A stretch of DNA of 64,000 nt. Source: Gammaproteobacteria bacterium (lineage in GTDB: Bacteria > Pseudomonadota > Gammaproteobacteria > Eutrophobiales > Eutrophobiaceae). Each line of letters opens with the position of its first letter. Position 1 is the stretch's first letter. Positions 22,236 through 34,584 of the stretch are shown here, one piece after another. A program made the translations under genes and the position numbers. The notes under the pieces were generated by a model that had not been told where the DNA came from, did no database searches, and saw only the letters and a list, made by a program, of their open reading frames with translations. Location of the stretch: positions 96,001 to 160,000 of the forward strand of contig CAXMWX010000009.1 in assembly GCA_963422205.2 (NCBI GenBank). The letters are read 5' to 3'.

Positions 22236-23189
22236 TCACACCGGGTCGATCGTCTTGATATGACGCTGCACCGAGAAAAATGCGCCTGAAACACCGAGCA
22301 GGGCACCAGCCAGCATCAGCCCCAGCACGCCGGACAGCCCCAGGGCGGCGAGCTCGAAATCGCTGCTATACAGGGCGGACAGGCGGCTGACCGGCGCATG
22401 CAGCACCATGACGGCAGATTGCAGCAGGAGGCAGGCGATCAGGCTGCCGATGATGCCATGCAGCAGGCCATAGTAAAGAAATGGCCGTTGAATAAAGGCA
22501 TTGGTGGCACCGAACAGCTTGTGTATCTCAATTTCCTGGCGGCGGTGGTAGATGGCCAGCCTGATCGTGTTGCCGACAATAAGCAATACAGCAAACCCCA
22601 GAATAACAGACAGCAGCAGGACGGTACGCTGGGCGACTTCCATGATCAAAAACAGCCGTTGCGCCCATTGCTGATCCAACTGTGCCGTGTTCACCTGTGG
22701 CAACTGCCGAAGGCGTACCAGCAGGGCCTGGCTGTCGGCAGCGCTCAGATCAGTCTCAGGCTTGACCATAAGCACGTTGGGCAAGGGATTCTCTGTCAGC
22801 AGATCAAGGGCCTCATCAAAACCGGATAACAGCCGGTATTCCGCCAGGGCGTCAGCACGACTGATCATGGCAACGCCCAATACCCCATCCATGTTACGCA
22901 CATGTTTAGCTAACGAAGCGGCCTGTTCCTCGGTGTAACTGTGTTGCAGGAATAACGAAATATCCGCGCTGTCTTCCCAGTTATCGGCCAGTTTTTGTGC
23001 GTTTTCCAGCAGCAGGTAAAAGCCCGCAGGCAGTGCCAGAGAAATGCCGATCACCGCCGTGGTCAATGCCGTGCCTAAGGGGTTTTTATAAAGCTGCCCT
23101 AAGCTGAAGACAAATGCCTGGGCGTGCTGCATCAGCCAGATTTTCAGCGCTTTGTTGATGCTGGCCTTCAGCCGTTTGCCTTTATTCAA
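22236..23189 (-). CDS. ftsX: Cell division permease FtsX
   Basis: ENPLP, VGNTIRL, EIEI.KLFGAT..FI.RPFLY.G. Confidence 0.95.
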   Translation of the reverse strand: MNKGKRLKASINKALKIWLMQHAQAFVFSLGQLYKNPLGTALTTAVIGISLALPAGFYLLLENAQKLADNWEDSADISLFLQHSYTEEQAASLAKHVRNMDGVLGVAMISRADALAEYRLLSGFDEALDLLTENPLPNVLMVKPETDLSAADSQALLVRLRQLPQVNTAQLDQQWAQRLFLIMEVAQRTVLLLSVILGFAVLLIVGNTIRLAIYHRRQEIEIHKLFGATNAFIQRPFLYYGLLHGIIGSLIACLLLQSAVMVLHAPVSRLSALYSSDFELAALGLSGVLGLMLAGALLGVSGAFFSVQRHIKTIDPV

Positions 23190-23863
23190 CGTTTAACGGT
23201 CTCGCCAATATGAGTCAGCAGGCGGCCCTGCCGCAGGGTGATGATCTTCTTTTTCAGTTTTTTGATCATGTCAAGATCGTGGCTGGCGATCAGCACGGTG
23301 ACGCCAACCTGATTAAACTGTTCAAACAATTTCATGGTGTCCCAGGACAAGGCCGGATCGAGATTGCCGGTTGGCTCATCGGCAAGCAATAATACCGGCT
23401 GATGCACCACCGCTCGGGCAATCCCAACGCGCTGTTGTTCGCCCCCGGACAGCGCCAGCGGCATGGCATTTTTTCTCGCCAGCAGCCCGACTTTATCAAG
23501 CGCAGCATGGGTGCGCTTGCGCGTTTCCTGGTAGGAATAGCCAGCGACGATCAATGGCAGGGCAACATTGTCAAAGATGGTTCGATCATTCAGCAGCCGA
23601 TGATCCTGAAAGGTAAAACCAATGCTGCGTCGGTATAACGAGATGCGGTTTCCGGTGATGCGACTCAGGTTTTGACCATTGACGATGATCTGCCCGTGTG
23701 CCTGTCTTTCAACCAGGGCGATGAGCCTTAACAGCGTGGTTTTGCCAGCACCGGAACGACCGGTCACATACACCATCGCGCCCCGTTCAATATACAGATT
23801 GATCTTGTGCAGGGCTTCCTGGCCGTTGTTGTAAGACATGTTGACATCGGCGAATCGAATCAT
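23186..23863 (-). CDS. ftsE: Cell division ATP-binding protein FtsE
   Basis: GRSGAGKT, FQDHRLL, LSGGEQQRV, LADEPTGNLD; ftsYEX order. Confidence 0.96.
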   Translation of the reverse strand: MIRFADVNMSYNNGQEALHKINLYIERGAMVYVTGRSGAGKTTLLRLIALVERQAHGQIIVNGQNLSRITGNRISLYRRSIGFTFQDHRLLNDRTIFDNVALPLIVAGYSYQETRKRTHAALDKVGLLARKNAMPLALSGGEQQRVGIARAVVHQPVLLLADEPTGNLDPALSWDTMKLFEQFNQVGVTVLIASHDLDMIKKLKKKIITLRQGRLLTHIGETVKR

Positions 23864-23864
23864 C

Positions 23865-24812
23865 TCATCTCACACTCAACAGGGCATTGACAAAATCCTC
23901 AGCGACAAACGGCCTCAAGTCGTCCGTGTGTTCGCCGATACCAATAAATTTAATGGGGATATGGAGCGTCTGCGCCAGAGAGAAGACAATCCCGCCTTTG
24001 GCCGTGCCATCCAGCTTGGTCAGGATGATGCCGTCAAGCCCGATAGCCTCATGAAACCGCCTTGCCTGGATGAGCGCATTTTGCCCGGCGGTGGCATCGA
24101 TGACGAGCAGCGTTTCCTGTTGCGGGCGGGGGCTGAGTTTGTTGATGGTGCGCGCGGCTTTTTTCAACTCCGCCATCAGATTGTCCTTGGTGTGCAGCCG
24201 TCCGGCGGTATCGGCCAGCACGGTGTTCGCCTGTTTTGCCCGGGCGGATTGCAGCGCATCAAAGATAACAGCAGCACAATCCGCCCCCGCCTGATGTGCA
24301 ATAACCGGAATGTTGCTGCGTTGCCCCCAGCTTTGCAGTTGCTCAATAGCGGCTGCTCGGAAGGTATCACCTGCGGCCAGCAAAACATCCTCGCCCTGGC
24401 GTTGTAATAAACTGGCCAGCTTGCCTGCGGTTGTCGTCTTGCCAGCACCGTTGACGCCAACCAGCAATATCATCCTCGGCCTGGTGTCGCTGTCCAGCAG
24501 GGCGGCATCGGCCTGTAATGGCTGCAAAATCGCCAGCAGTTCCTGCTGTAGCGCCCGCATGATGGCGTGGTCATCTCCACGCTCAACACGTTGCAGCCTG
24601 CCCGGCAGCTTGTCGATGATCTGCATGGTGGTGTGTATGCCCAAATCGGCCTGTAACAGGCGGGTCTCCAGTGCTTCCAGAGTGGCCTGATCGAGCTCGG
24701 TTTTGCCGTGCAGCAGATCGCCCAGGCCGCTCATGAAGGCGGTGCGAGTCTTGCCCAGACCCCGACTGAGGCGGCTAAACAACGCGCGTTCTCCTGAGTT
24801 ATTGGCAGACAT
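23865..24812 (-). CDS. ftsY: Signal recognition particle receptor FtsY (short form, no long acidic domain)
   Basis: GVNGAGKTTT, DTFRAAA, DTAGR, TKLDGTAKGG. Confidence 0.97.
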   Translation of the reverse strand: MSANNSGERALFSRLSRGLGKTRTAFMSGLGDLLHGKTELDQATLEALETRLLQADLGIHTTMQIIDKLPGRLQRVERGDDHAIMRALQQELLAILQPLQADAALLDSDTRPRMILLVGVNGAGKTTTAGKLASLLQRQGEDVLLAAGDTFRAAAIEQLQSWGQRSNIPVIAHQAGADCAAVIFDALQSARAKQANTVLADTAGRLHTKDNLMAELKKAARTINKLSPRPQQETLLVIDATAGQNALIQARRFHEAIGLDGIILTKLDGTAKGGIVFSLAQTLHIPIKFIGIGEHTDDLRPFVAEDFVNALLSVR

Positions 24813-24864
24813 GATATCCGGGCATAGTGTGGCGATATGCTAATAAGCTATCGTAACATTATCT

Positions 24865-24961
24865 GTCGGAGAACTACTAAATCCGAACCGACTCTAACCA
24901 ACACTAAGAGCATTGACCGGCGCAACGTCGGAGAACTACTAAATCCGAACCGACTCTAACC
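24865..24961. CRISPR. Orphan CRISPR-like mini-array: two identical 35-bp repeats and one 27-bp spacer
   Basis: GTCGGAGAACTACTAAATCCGAACCGACTCTAACC at 24865-24899 and 24927-24961; spacer AACACTAAGAGCATTGACCGGCGCAAC. The repeat itself is certain; the CRISPR identity is inferred. Confidence 0.45.
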
Positions 24962-25023
24962 GGCGGGCAGACAGAGTGATCTGTGTTCAGGCATAATAGG
25001 GGCGAAAACCATCGGAGGCCGCT

Positions 25024-26403
25024 GTGCGCTATTTATGTGTTGTATTGACCTTGCTTGCGATGCCGCTGCCAGCAGGCGGACAGGTGCAGGAATTTGTCTT
25101 TGAGAACGGGCTGAAATTGCTGGTGAAAGAAGACCATCGTGCCCCGGTGGTGGTCTCGCAGGTGTGGTACAAGGTGGGCGGCAGCTACGAACACCCCGGC
25201 ATCACCGGCATCTCTCATGCGCTGGAACACATGATGTTCCAGGGCACGGAAAAATACCCGGGCGGCGAGTTTTCCCGCATCATTGCCGAGCAGGGCGGGC
25301 GTGACAATGCCTTTACCGGCGCCGATTACACCGCTTATCATCAAACGCTGGAAAAATCACGGCTGGCGGTCAGCTTTGAGCTGGAGGCTGATCGGATGCG
25401 TAACCTGTTGCTTGAAGAGCAGGATTTTACAAAGGAGATGGAAGTGGTCAAGGAAGAGCGCCGGTTGCGTACTGAAGACAGGCCCAGCGCCTATTTGTAC
25501 GAAGCCGCCATGGCAACGGCCTGGCAGACCAGCCCCTACCGGCATCCGGTGGTGGGCTGGATGGCTGACTTAAATGCCATGACCCGGCAGGATTTGCAGC
25601 AATGGTATCAGCGCTGGTATGCCCCGAATAATGCGATAGTCGTTGTTGTCGGCGATGTCGTTGCTGCCGAGGTTTACACGCTGGCAAAGCAGTATTTTGC
25701 CGACTTGCCGATGAGAGAAATCAGGCCGCCCCGGCCCCGGCCCGAGGTCAGGCAGGCGGGCATGAAGCGCCTTGTGGTGAAGCGTCCGGCCCGGCTGCCC
25801 AGCCTGCTGATGGTCTATAAAGTGCCATCATACAAGACGGCATTGCAGAGCGAGAGCATCGCCGACTGGGAGCCTTACGCCCTGGAGGTGTTGAATTATG
25901 TGTTAAGTGGCAGCAGCAGTTCCCGCTTCGCCCGTTACCTGGTGCGTGGTGCTGAGGTGGCGGCCACGGCCAGCGCATCGTACTCCCTCATCGATCGGCT
26001 GGATGGCAGGCTGTTGATCCGTGCTGTGCCGGTGGAAGGCAAGCGCCTTGCTGAACTGGAGCGGGCGATCTACGAGCAAATAGATTTATTGCAAACCAGG
26101 CCGGTGACACAACAGGAACTGGAGCGGGTGAAGATCGCCGTGGTGGCGGCGGATATCTATGAGAAGGATTCGATTTTTTATCAGGCCCTGGTGCTGGGCA
26201 TGCTGGAGGCAAACGGCCTTGGCTGGCAACGGGCGGATGAGTATGTCGAGAAGATCAAGGCGGTCACCGCCCGGCAGGTCATGGCGGTGGCGAAGAAATA
26301 TTTGCAGGCGGATGGTTTGACCGTTGCCATGCTGGAGCCGCTGCCGCTGGTGCCAACGGCGGCACAGCGAGCGCCGTCGGCGGGGGGCCGACATGGGCGA
26401 TAA
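25024..26403 (+). CDS. M16B zinc metallopeptidase, catalytic subunit
   Basis: Signal peptide, inverted zinc motif HALEH, NAFT, VVKEERR. Confidence 0.92.
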   Translation: MRYLCVVLTLLAMPLPAGGQVQEFVFENGLKLLVKEDHRAPVVVSQVWYKVGGSYEHPGITGISHALEHMMFQGTEKYPGGEFSRIIAEQGGRDNAFTGADYTAYHQTLEKSRLAVSFELEADRMRNLLLEEQDFTKEMEVVKEERRLRTEDRPSAYLYEAAMATAWQTSPYRHPVVGWMADLNAMTRQDLQQWYQRWYAPNNAIVVVVGDVVAAEVYTLAKQYFADLPMREIRPPRPRPEVRQAGMKRLVVKRPARLPSLLMVYKVPSYKTALQSESIADWEPYALEVLNYVLSGSSSSRFARYLVRGAEVAATASASYSLIDRLDGRLLIRAVPVEGKRLAELERAIYEQIDLLQTRPVTQQELERVKIAVVAADIYEKDSIFYQALVLGMLEANGLGWQRADEYVEKIKAVTARQVMAVAKKYLQADGLTVAMLEPLPLVPTAAQRAPSAGGRHGR

Positions 26404-27748
26404 GGGCCTGTTTTTATTCATCTGCCTGCTGCCCGCCGCTTATGCCGGGCCGAACATCGTCAAATGGCAGGCCGAGGGCGGCAGCCGGGTGTTCTTTGTT
26501 GAGACAGACGAGTTGCCCATAGTCGATATCAAGGTATTGTTTGATGCGGGCAGCGTACGTGACCCGGATGAGATGGGCGGTCTGGCGCTATTGACCAACG
26601 GCCTGCTGGATCAGGGGGCGGGCGGCCTTGATGCGAATCAAATCAGCGATCAGTTTGAGCGCACAGGGGCGGTGTATCGGGCAAGTGCCGGCCTTGACAG
26701 TGCCTCGGTCAGCTTACGCAGCCTGACAGACAGGCAAGCCCTGCAACCTGCCCTGGCCAACCTGGCACGGGTGCTCGCCTCGCCTGATTTCCCTGATCAG
26801 GCGGTTGCCCGGCAGAAAAAACGCCTGCTGACGGCACTGGAGGCGAAGCGACAATCGCCGGGCGCCATCGCCAGAGATAATTTCTTTGCCGCTATTTACA
26901 AAGCGCACCCCTATGCCAGGGCAAAAGAGGGCACCGAGACCAGCATTGAAGCGATCAGCCGGGCCGACATCATCGGCTTTCATCGGCGCTATTACACGGC
27001 GAATAACGCCCTGGTTGCCATTGTCGGCGCCCTGTCGCGCACCGAGGCTGAAGCGGTGGCCGGTAGGCTGACCGCCAATCTGCCGCAAGGAGAACGGCCA
27101 GCACCGCTGGCCGCGGTCAGCGGGCTTGCGGCGGGCGATGAGATACGCATCTCCCATCCCTCATCGCAGGTGCATGTCCTGCTGGGGCAGCCGGGCATGG
27201 CGCGCACCGAGGCGGATTATTTTCCTCTATACGTTGGCAACCATGTGCTGGGCGGGTCGGGCATGGTCTCCCGGCTGTTTGAAGAGGTTCGTAATCAGCA
27301 CGGCCTGAGCTACAGCGTCTACAGCTATTTCTCCCCCCGCCGGGAAAAAGGCCCGTTTGTGGCCGGTTTGCAGACCCGGGCCGAGCAGCAGCAGGAGGCG
27401 TTGCAGTTGTTACGCACGCTGATCACGCAGTATACCCGGGTCGGCCCCACCGAGGCCGAGTTGCGGGCATCGAAGTTAAATATAACCGGCGGTTTTCCCT
27501 TGCGCCTCGACAGCAATGCCAAAATTCTGGATTATGTTGCCACCATCGGTTTTTATGGCCTGCCCCTGGATTATCTTGACACCTATGTTGACCAGGTGAA
27601 TGCCGTGACAGTTGAGCAGATCAAACGCGCCTTTGCCGAACATATTGACCCGGACAAGTTGGTGGCGGTTCTGGTCGGCCCCAGCGATAACAATGGTAAT
27701 AACAACGGCAATAACTCCCGCGCGGATGACAAGCAAGAAAGGCCGTAA
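26393..27748 (+). CDS. M16B peptidase, non-catalytic partner subunit
   Basis: M16 fold motifs (FDAGS, SRLFEEVR..GLSYSVYS) but no HxxEH. ATG at 26393. Confidence 0.88.
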   Translation: MGDKGLFLFICLLPAAYAGPNIVKWQAEGGSRVFFVETDELPIVDIKVLFDAGSVRDPDEMGGLALLTNGLLDQGAGGLDANQISDQFERTGAVYRASAGLDSASVSLRSLTDRQALQPALANLARVLASPDFPDQAVARQKKRLLTALEAKRQSPGAIARDNFFAAIYKAHPYARAKEGTETSIEAISRADIIGFHRRYYTANNALVAIVGALSRTEAEAVAGRLTANLPQGERPAPLAAVSGLAAGDEIRISHPSSQVHVLLGQPGMARTEADYFPLYVGNHVLGGSGMVSRLFEEVRNQHGLSYSVYSYFSPRREKGPFVAGLQTRAEQQQEALQLLRTLITQYTRVGPTEAELRASKLNITGGFPLRLDSNAKILDYVATIGFYGLPLDYLDTYVDQVNAVTVEQIKRAFAEHIDPDKLVAVLVGPSDNNGNNNGNNSRADDKQERP

Positions 27749-28349
27749 ACACGGCGCCAGACATCGTCCTGGGCAAGTGCGTATCATCGGCGGGAAATGG
27801 CGCGGCAGAAACATTGCCGTGGCCGCCTCAGGCGATTTGCGGCCTACCCCGAACCGCATTCGAGAGACCGTGTTCAACTGGCTGTCCCCCCGCATTGAAG
27901 GGGCGGTATGCCTGGATTTGTTTGCCGGTTCGGGCGCATTGGGCTTTGAAGCCCTGTCACGGGGGGCGGCCAATGTGGTTATGCTGGATACAGACCCGAT
28001 GGCCATCGCCATGTTACAGCACACCCAAGCCAGGCTGGGAGCGGACGCTGTTAAGATAATCAGACAGGATGCGCTGGATTGGTTGGAACAGAACACCGTA
28101 AAATATGATATTGTTTTTCTGGACCCGCCTTTTCAGTCCGATTTGATGCAACAGTCTTGCCGGCTGCTGTCAATCACGGGATGCTTGCACAGCAGGGCCT
28201 GTGTTTACGCCGAGACTGAACTGGGCAGCCGGTTACATACTGCCCGGCTGAGGGCGGTAAAGACGGCACAGGCCGGGCAGGTTCACTATGGTTTGTATGT
28301 GCATGATCGCCACAACGGTCATCACGATGGTCACAGGGGGAGTGATTAA
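27726..28349 (+). CDS. rsmD: 16S rRNA m2G966 methyltransferase
   Basis: [41 protein letters not shown]. Confidence 0.96.
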   Translation: MTSKKGRKHGARHRPGQVRIIGGKWRGRNIAVAASGDLRPTPNRIRETVFNWLSPRIEGAVCLDLFAGSGALGFEALSRGAANVVMLDTDPMAIAMLQHTQARLGADAVKIIRQDALDWLEQNTVKYDIVFLDPPFQSDLMQQSCRLLSITGCLHSRACVYAETELGSRLHTARLRAVKTAQAGQVHYGLYVHDRHNGHHDGHRGSD

Positions 28350-28837
28350 TGGCCAGAGTTGCCATCTATCCGGGGACGTTTGATCCGATAACCAACGGAC
28401 ACAGCGATATTGTCGAGCGGGCGGCGCGGCTGTTCGATCAGGTGATCGTTGCCATTGCCAGCAGCGGCACCAAAAAAACCGTATTTCCAGCGGCCCGACG
28501 GGTAGCCCTTGCCGAGGCCGTGCTGGCGCATCTGGATAATGTTGAAGTGACCAGTTTCTCCGGGCTGATGACTGCCTATGCCAAGGACCGGCAGGCCAGG
28601 ATAATCATTCGCGGTTTGCGCGCCGTGTCAGATTTTGAGTATGAATTTCAACTCTCCAGCATGAACCGTCAGCTGTATGCGGAGGCCGAGACTATTTTCC
28701 TTACCCCGGCCCAACACCTGAACTATGTCTCTTCAAGCCTGATCCGTGAAATAGCCTCATTGGATGGCGACATCACCCCGTTCGTTCACCACAAAGTGAG
28801 CGAGGCGCTGTACAAAAAATTCAAGACGGGCGGATAG
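28349..28837 (+). CDS. coaD: Pantetheine-phosphate adenylyltransferase
   Basis: [24 protein letters not shown]. Confidence 0.98.
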   Translation: MARVAIYPGTFDPITNGHSDIVERAARLFDQVIVAIASSGTKKTVFPAARRVALAEAVLAHLDNVEVTSFSGLMTAYAKDRQARIIIRGLRAVSDFEYEFQLSSMNRQLYAEAETIFLTPAQHLNYVSSSLIREIASLDGDITPFVHHKVSEALYKKFKTGG

Positions 28838-30792
<1,955 letters not shown>

Positions 30793-30821
30793 CCTGCCGG
30801 TGTTCTGGCAATGCGCCATCC

Positions 30822-31637
30822 TCAGCGTTGGCAGCCGCCGCAATAATAGGTGGCGCGCTGGCCTAAGCGAAGGTGTTTGATCGGCCGGCGGCACACCCGG
30901 CAACTCTCATCCTTGCGATCATACACGGCAAGCTCGTGTCGGAAATAGCCCGGCCGGCCCCGGCTGTCAGTAAAATCGCGCAATGTCGTCCCGCCTTTTT
31001 CCATGGCCTGGGTCAACACCGCATGTATCGCCCGCACCAGCCCGGCATAACGGCCTGAGGCGACCCTGCCCGCCTGACGTTTTGGGTGTATGCCGCTGGC
31101 AAACAAGGCCTCGCTGGCATAGATGTTGCCCAGCCCGACAACGGTCTTGCTGTCCATGATAAAGTGCTTGATTGCCTGTTTGCGTCCGCGGGATTTCATA
31201 AATAAATACTCGGCGGTCAGTGCGGCGGATAAGGGCTCCGGGCCGAGGTGACGTAACAGCTTATGCTCATCAACCGGTTTGCTGGTGTAGTGTATGGAGC
31301 CAAATCGGCGCGGGTCACGAAACCGCAGACAGGTGCCATCGTCCATGATCAGATCAACGTGATCGTGTTTCTCTGGCGCCCCGGGCCGGGGCAGGATTCG
31401 CATACTGCCGGACATGCCCAGGTGCCAGATGATACAGCCGGAATCCAGCTGAAACAGCAGGTATTTGCCCCGCCGTCCTACCGAGAGCAGTTGTTGTTGC
31501 TGAAGCCTTTTTGCCAGGCGGCTGGACACCGGCCAGCGCAACCGCCGCTCACGCACGATAAGCTGTCTGATTTTTTTGCCGAGAAGGGGCGGTGCGATGC
31601 CTCGCCGAGTGGTTTCAACTTCGGGCAATTCAGGCAC
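30822..31637 (-). CDS. mutM: Formamidopyrimidine-DNA glycosylase
   Basis: PELPEVE N-terminus (GTG at 31637), HLGMSG, GNIY, C-terminal zinc finger. Confidence 0.97.
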   Translation of the reverse strand: MPELPEVETTRRGIAPPLLGKKIRQLIVRERRLRWPVSSRLAKRLQQQQLLSVGRRGKYLLFQLDSGCIIWHLGMSGSMRILPRPGAPEKHDHVDLIMDDGTCLRFRDPRRFGSIHYTSKPVDEHKLLRHLGPEPLSAALTAEYLFMKSRGRKQAIKHFIMDSKTVVGLGNIYASEALFASGIHPKRQAGRVASGRYAGLVRAIHAVLTQAMEKGGTTLRDFTDSRGRPGYFRHELAVYDRKDESCRVCRRPIKHLRLGQRATYYCGGCQR

Positions 31638-31647
31638 GGGTCTTTCC

Positions 31648-32472
31648 TTATCGTAACCCAAGGATTCTGGCAACACGGTCGCTGAGTTCATATTGCCTGT
31701 TCTCATCTTCTCTGATCAGGAAAATACGGCCATCTGCCACCACATAATGAAATTGAATGCGGCGGCCATCGGCGGTAACAGTCACTGTGTCGGCCCCTGT
31801 TTGTCGGGTGATGGGTGTCAGCGTATCTGCCTCCGCCACTTGCCAGTGCTCAATGATCGTGCCGAGTTGCTGTTGCGTCAAGCCGTTGGCCGGTGTTGCC
31901 AGCCAGCCAGCCGCCTGCCGATGTATCGTCAGCCCCGGCAGGCGGATATGGCTGATGGTCGAGTCCGGCGGCAATACCTGTTTGCTGATAAAGAACATCG
32001 CCGGTTGCAGCAGTTGCGGATACAGCCGGTCCTTGATCAGGTGAATCTCATCATCAACCCGGACATAGCGGTGGTTGTTCAGCGGATCAGTGCCGCCGAA
32101 ATAAAAGCTCTGGTCATCAAGCTGCAAACGGATTTTGGGGGCTGATAAACCCAGCGGCTCAAGATCGGCAATGTCGCCATAATCAAACCGGGCATAACTG
32201 CGGCTTTGCAATAGCGTCAGCATGGAGGCTATGCGCCCCGGGTTGGCATAAGCCTTCAGCGGCCCGGTGAGTTGCCAATGCCGAAAGCGCTGGAAAGCGA
32301 CAGCCTCAGCCCCTGCCCGGTTGATGATGATATGCCTGATGGCATCGCCTGTTATGCCGGTCAACAGCACATGTTGTGGCTCGCTTTGTTGCGGGCGAGA
32401 TGCTACCCAGAAGCACAGCGGCACGGCGATGGCGAGCAGGACAAAATTAAAGAACGTGCGCGACTGTATCAC
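31648..32472 (-). CDS. DUF4340-like membrane-anchored protein
   Basis: N-terminal TM, W.L..P, LGL..P, FG..DP....RYV; last gene of the ABC/GldG operon. Confidence 0.7.
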   Translation of the reverse strand: MIQSRTFFNFVLLAIAVPLCFWVASRPQQSEPQHVLLTGITGDAIRHIIINRAGAEAVAFQRFRHWQLTGPLKAYANPGRIASMLTLLQSRSYARFDYGDIADLEPLGLSAPKIRLQLDDQSFYFGGTDPLNNHRYVRVDDEIHLIKDRLYPQLLQPAMFFISKQVLPPDSTISHIRLPGLTIHRQAAGWLATPANGLTQQQLGTIIEHWQVAEADTLTPITRQTGADTVTVTADGRRIQFHYVVADGRIFLIREDENRQYELSDRVARILGLR

Positions 32473-33825
32473 TTATAGCCGTTTTCTTCGCCACCAGATA
32501 CCGAAGCCGGCGATGCAGCAGGCACCGGGCAGCAGGAGAAGGTAACACAGGCCGATCAGGCCGAGTGTTGCATTGTCGAGATTTAGCTCGGCATCGGGCT
32601 TGTTGCTGCCGCTGATCGCCACCAGTTCATCATCGCCGGCCAGCCAGGTCAGCAGCCGCAGGCCCAGCTGTGCATTGCCGCCACTGCTGCTGTAGCCATT
32701 AGCCAGAAAATCCCCATCACCAATGATGACCACCCGCTGCTGCTGGCGTTTGTCTTTTGGGTGTGTGCGTTCAAGGGCAAGGCCAAGGGCTAACGGGCCC
32801 TTGATGTCGCGGCCTTGATCAAATTCTACCTCGCCTTCAAGCGAGCCGGTTTCAAGCCATGACAGCTCGCCGGTTTGCAGCAGGGGTTGTACCGTCCAGT
32901 CCTTGTTTGGCTGTGCCTGGTATGCCGCGGCTTTGGGAAAGTAAGTGGACAGGGCAAAGCCGGCTGTTGCCGGGTGTGGCGGATAATTGCGGCGGCTGAT
33001 AACGGCAACGGTCGGGCGGCTGATGCCGAGCAAATGCGTGGAGGCATCAATGATCACGCCATCGAGTTTGCTGACAGAGAAATAGTGCAGCAGTGTATCA
33101 AGGTCTGCCGCCTCGCCCGGCTCAGATAGCCACAGCAGGTTGCCGCCGTCTTTCAGGTAGTCAAGGATCAGCGCTATCTCCGCCGCTGCCAGACTCACAC
33201 GCGGACTGGCAATGACCAGCACCGCCGCATTGTCCGGCACCGTGTTGATCTCCAGCAGATTAAAAGGCTGGGTACGGATACCCTGCCCGGCCAGCTCCTC
33301 TGCCCATGTTTTGTAGTCGTAATTTCTCTCGCCCAAGGGGCTGCGCTCGCCGTGGCCTTCAAGAAAATAGACCCAGCGATGCTCGCCCTTCAGCAGTCTT
33401 TTCAGCGCATTGGTAAACGCCTCCTCATCGTCAGTATAGACATGCTCAAGGCGACTCTGGTATTCCAGCACCAGTTCGCCATTGATACGTATGCCGAGAT
33501 GGCGCGCCTCTTCTACCCTGATCAGCGGGTTTATGAACTCAAGCTGAATATCCGCCTTGTGTCTTCGGTAACGGTCGATAAATCGCGCTATCAGTTCGCG
33601 CAACTCCGGATTGTCGCTGGCATAGGCGTGCACCTTGAGCGGGCGGGGCATGGCGGCCAGCACTGCAATACTGGCCTGCGACAGGCTGTTCCTGCCGTGA
33701 CTGCTCCAGTCGGCCTCATAGCCGATGTGCGTGCTGGCGAAGGCGAGCAGGCCGGTCACCAGCAACAGCAACAGCAGGGTGGCCATGTTGTTCAGCCGGT
33801 TTTGTGCGGGTTGTTTGAGTTGCAT
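32473..33825 (-). CDS. GldG-like ABC transporter auxiliary component (GIFT domain)
   Basis: DWS...RNSLS, YFLEGHGE, GGNLLW, GDGDF..N; N- and C-terminal TM segments. Confidence 0.85.
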   Translation of the reverse strand: MQLKQPAQNRLNNMATLLLLLLVTGLLAFASTHIGYEADWSSHGRNSLSQASIAVLAAMPRPLKVHAYASDNPELRELIARFIDRYRRHKADIQLEFINPLIRVEEARHLGIRINGELVLEYQSRLEHVYTDDEEAFTNALKRLLKGEHRWVYFLEGHGERSPLGERNYDYKTWAEELAGQGIRTQPFNLLEINTVPDNAAVLVIASPRVSLAAAEIALILDYLKDGGNLLWLSEPGEAADLDTLLHYFSVSKLDGVIIDASTHLLGISRPTVAVISRRNYPPHPATAGFALSTYFPKAAAYQAQPNKDWTVQPLLQTGELSWLETGSLEGEVEFDQGRDIKGPLALGLALERTHPKDKRQQQRVVIIGDGDFLANGYSSSGGNAQLGLRLLTWLAGDDELVAISGSNKPDAELNLDNATLGLIGLCYLLLLPGACCIAGFGIWWRRKRL

Positions 33826-33834
33826 GGCAGATCA

Positions 33835-34584
33835 CTATTCATACACCAGCCGGGCGTCCAGCCGCCAGATGGTGAGCAGAATAAACAACAGGGTGAACAG
33901 GATAAAATACGCCAGATCAGTCGCCGTCACCAGGCCGCGCAGGAACTGGTTGAAATGTTTTAGCAGGGATAAATAATTGACAATGTCCGCCACACGGGCA
34001 GCAGCACCCGCCGCCGCGATATGTATAATCCATAACATAAAGCTGATAATAAATGCCGTGATAGCAGCAACCGCCGGCTGTCTCGTCAGGCTGGAGCTGA
34101 ACATGCCAATGGCAACCAGCAGCATGCTGAGCAGCAGCAGACCCACCAGCGCTGACAGGAACAGCCCGCCGTCAAGTTGCGTGCCAAGATTTAAGGATAA
34201 CAACATGCTGGTGCAGATCAGAATGGGTAAACCCATAAAAACCACGGTGGCTAAGTATTTGCCCAGCACGATCTGCCTGATAGCGATGGGCGATGATGAT
34301 AATAAATCCATGGTGCCAGTGCGTAACTCCTCGCTGAACAGGCGCATACAAATCATCGGACTGAGCAGCAGCAGCAACATGCCACAGGTCTGAAACACGC
34401 CAACGATCACGGTTTCTGTCAGCCCGTACTGCGCCCGGGTGGCCGCTGGCTGCATGAATTGATACAGTAGGGTAAAGAAAAATATGCCCAGCAGGAGTTG
34501 CAAAAAGGCCAGGCATAACCAGGCCAGGGGCGATTTGAACAATCTGAGCAATTCGACTCTGGCGATGGTGAAACTGTTGCTCAT
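33835..34584 (-). CDS. ABC-2 permease (GldF-like)
   Basis: MRLFSEELRTGTMDLL, IVLGKYLA; six TM segments. Confidence 0.88.
   Translation of the reverse strand: MSNSFTIARVELLRLFKSPLAWLCLAFLQLLLGIFFFTLLYQFMQPAATRAQYGLTETVIVGVFQTCGMLLLLLSPMICMRLFSEELRTGTMDLLSSSPIAIRQIVLGKYLATVVFMGLPILICTSMLLSLNLGTQLDGGLFLSALVGLLLLSMLLVAIGMFSSSLTRQPAVAAITAFIISFMLWIIHIAAAGAAARVADIVNYLSLLKHFNQFLRGLVTATDLAYFILFTLLFILLTIWRLDARLVYE

Noticed and set aside
23871-23891. Partial resemblance of the mini-array spacer to the ftsY 3' end (ACACT..GCATTGAC)
   Set aside because: Needs several gaps and has only 8 contiguous matches; compatible with chance, so not claimed as self-targeting.
24801-24835. Possible third degenerate repeat one period upstream of the mini-array
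   Set aside because: Only scattered matches (ATCCG), and it overlaps the ftsY start codon.
27687-27716. Asn/Gly repeat (NNGNNNGNN) at the M16 subunit C-terminus
   Set aside because: Short low-complexity tail with varied codons; no evidence of a functional or phase-variable repeat.
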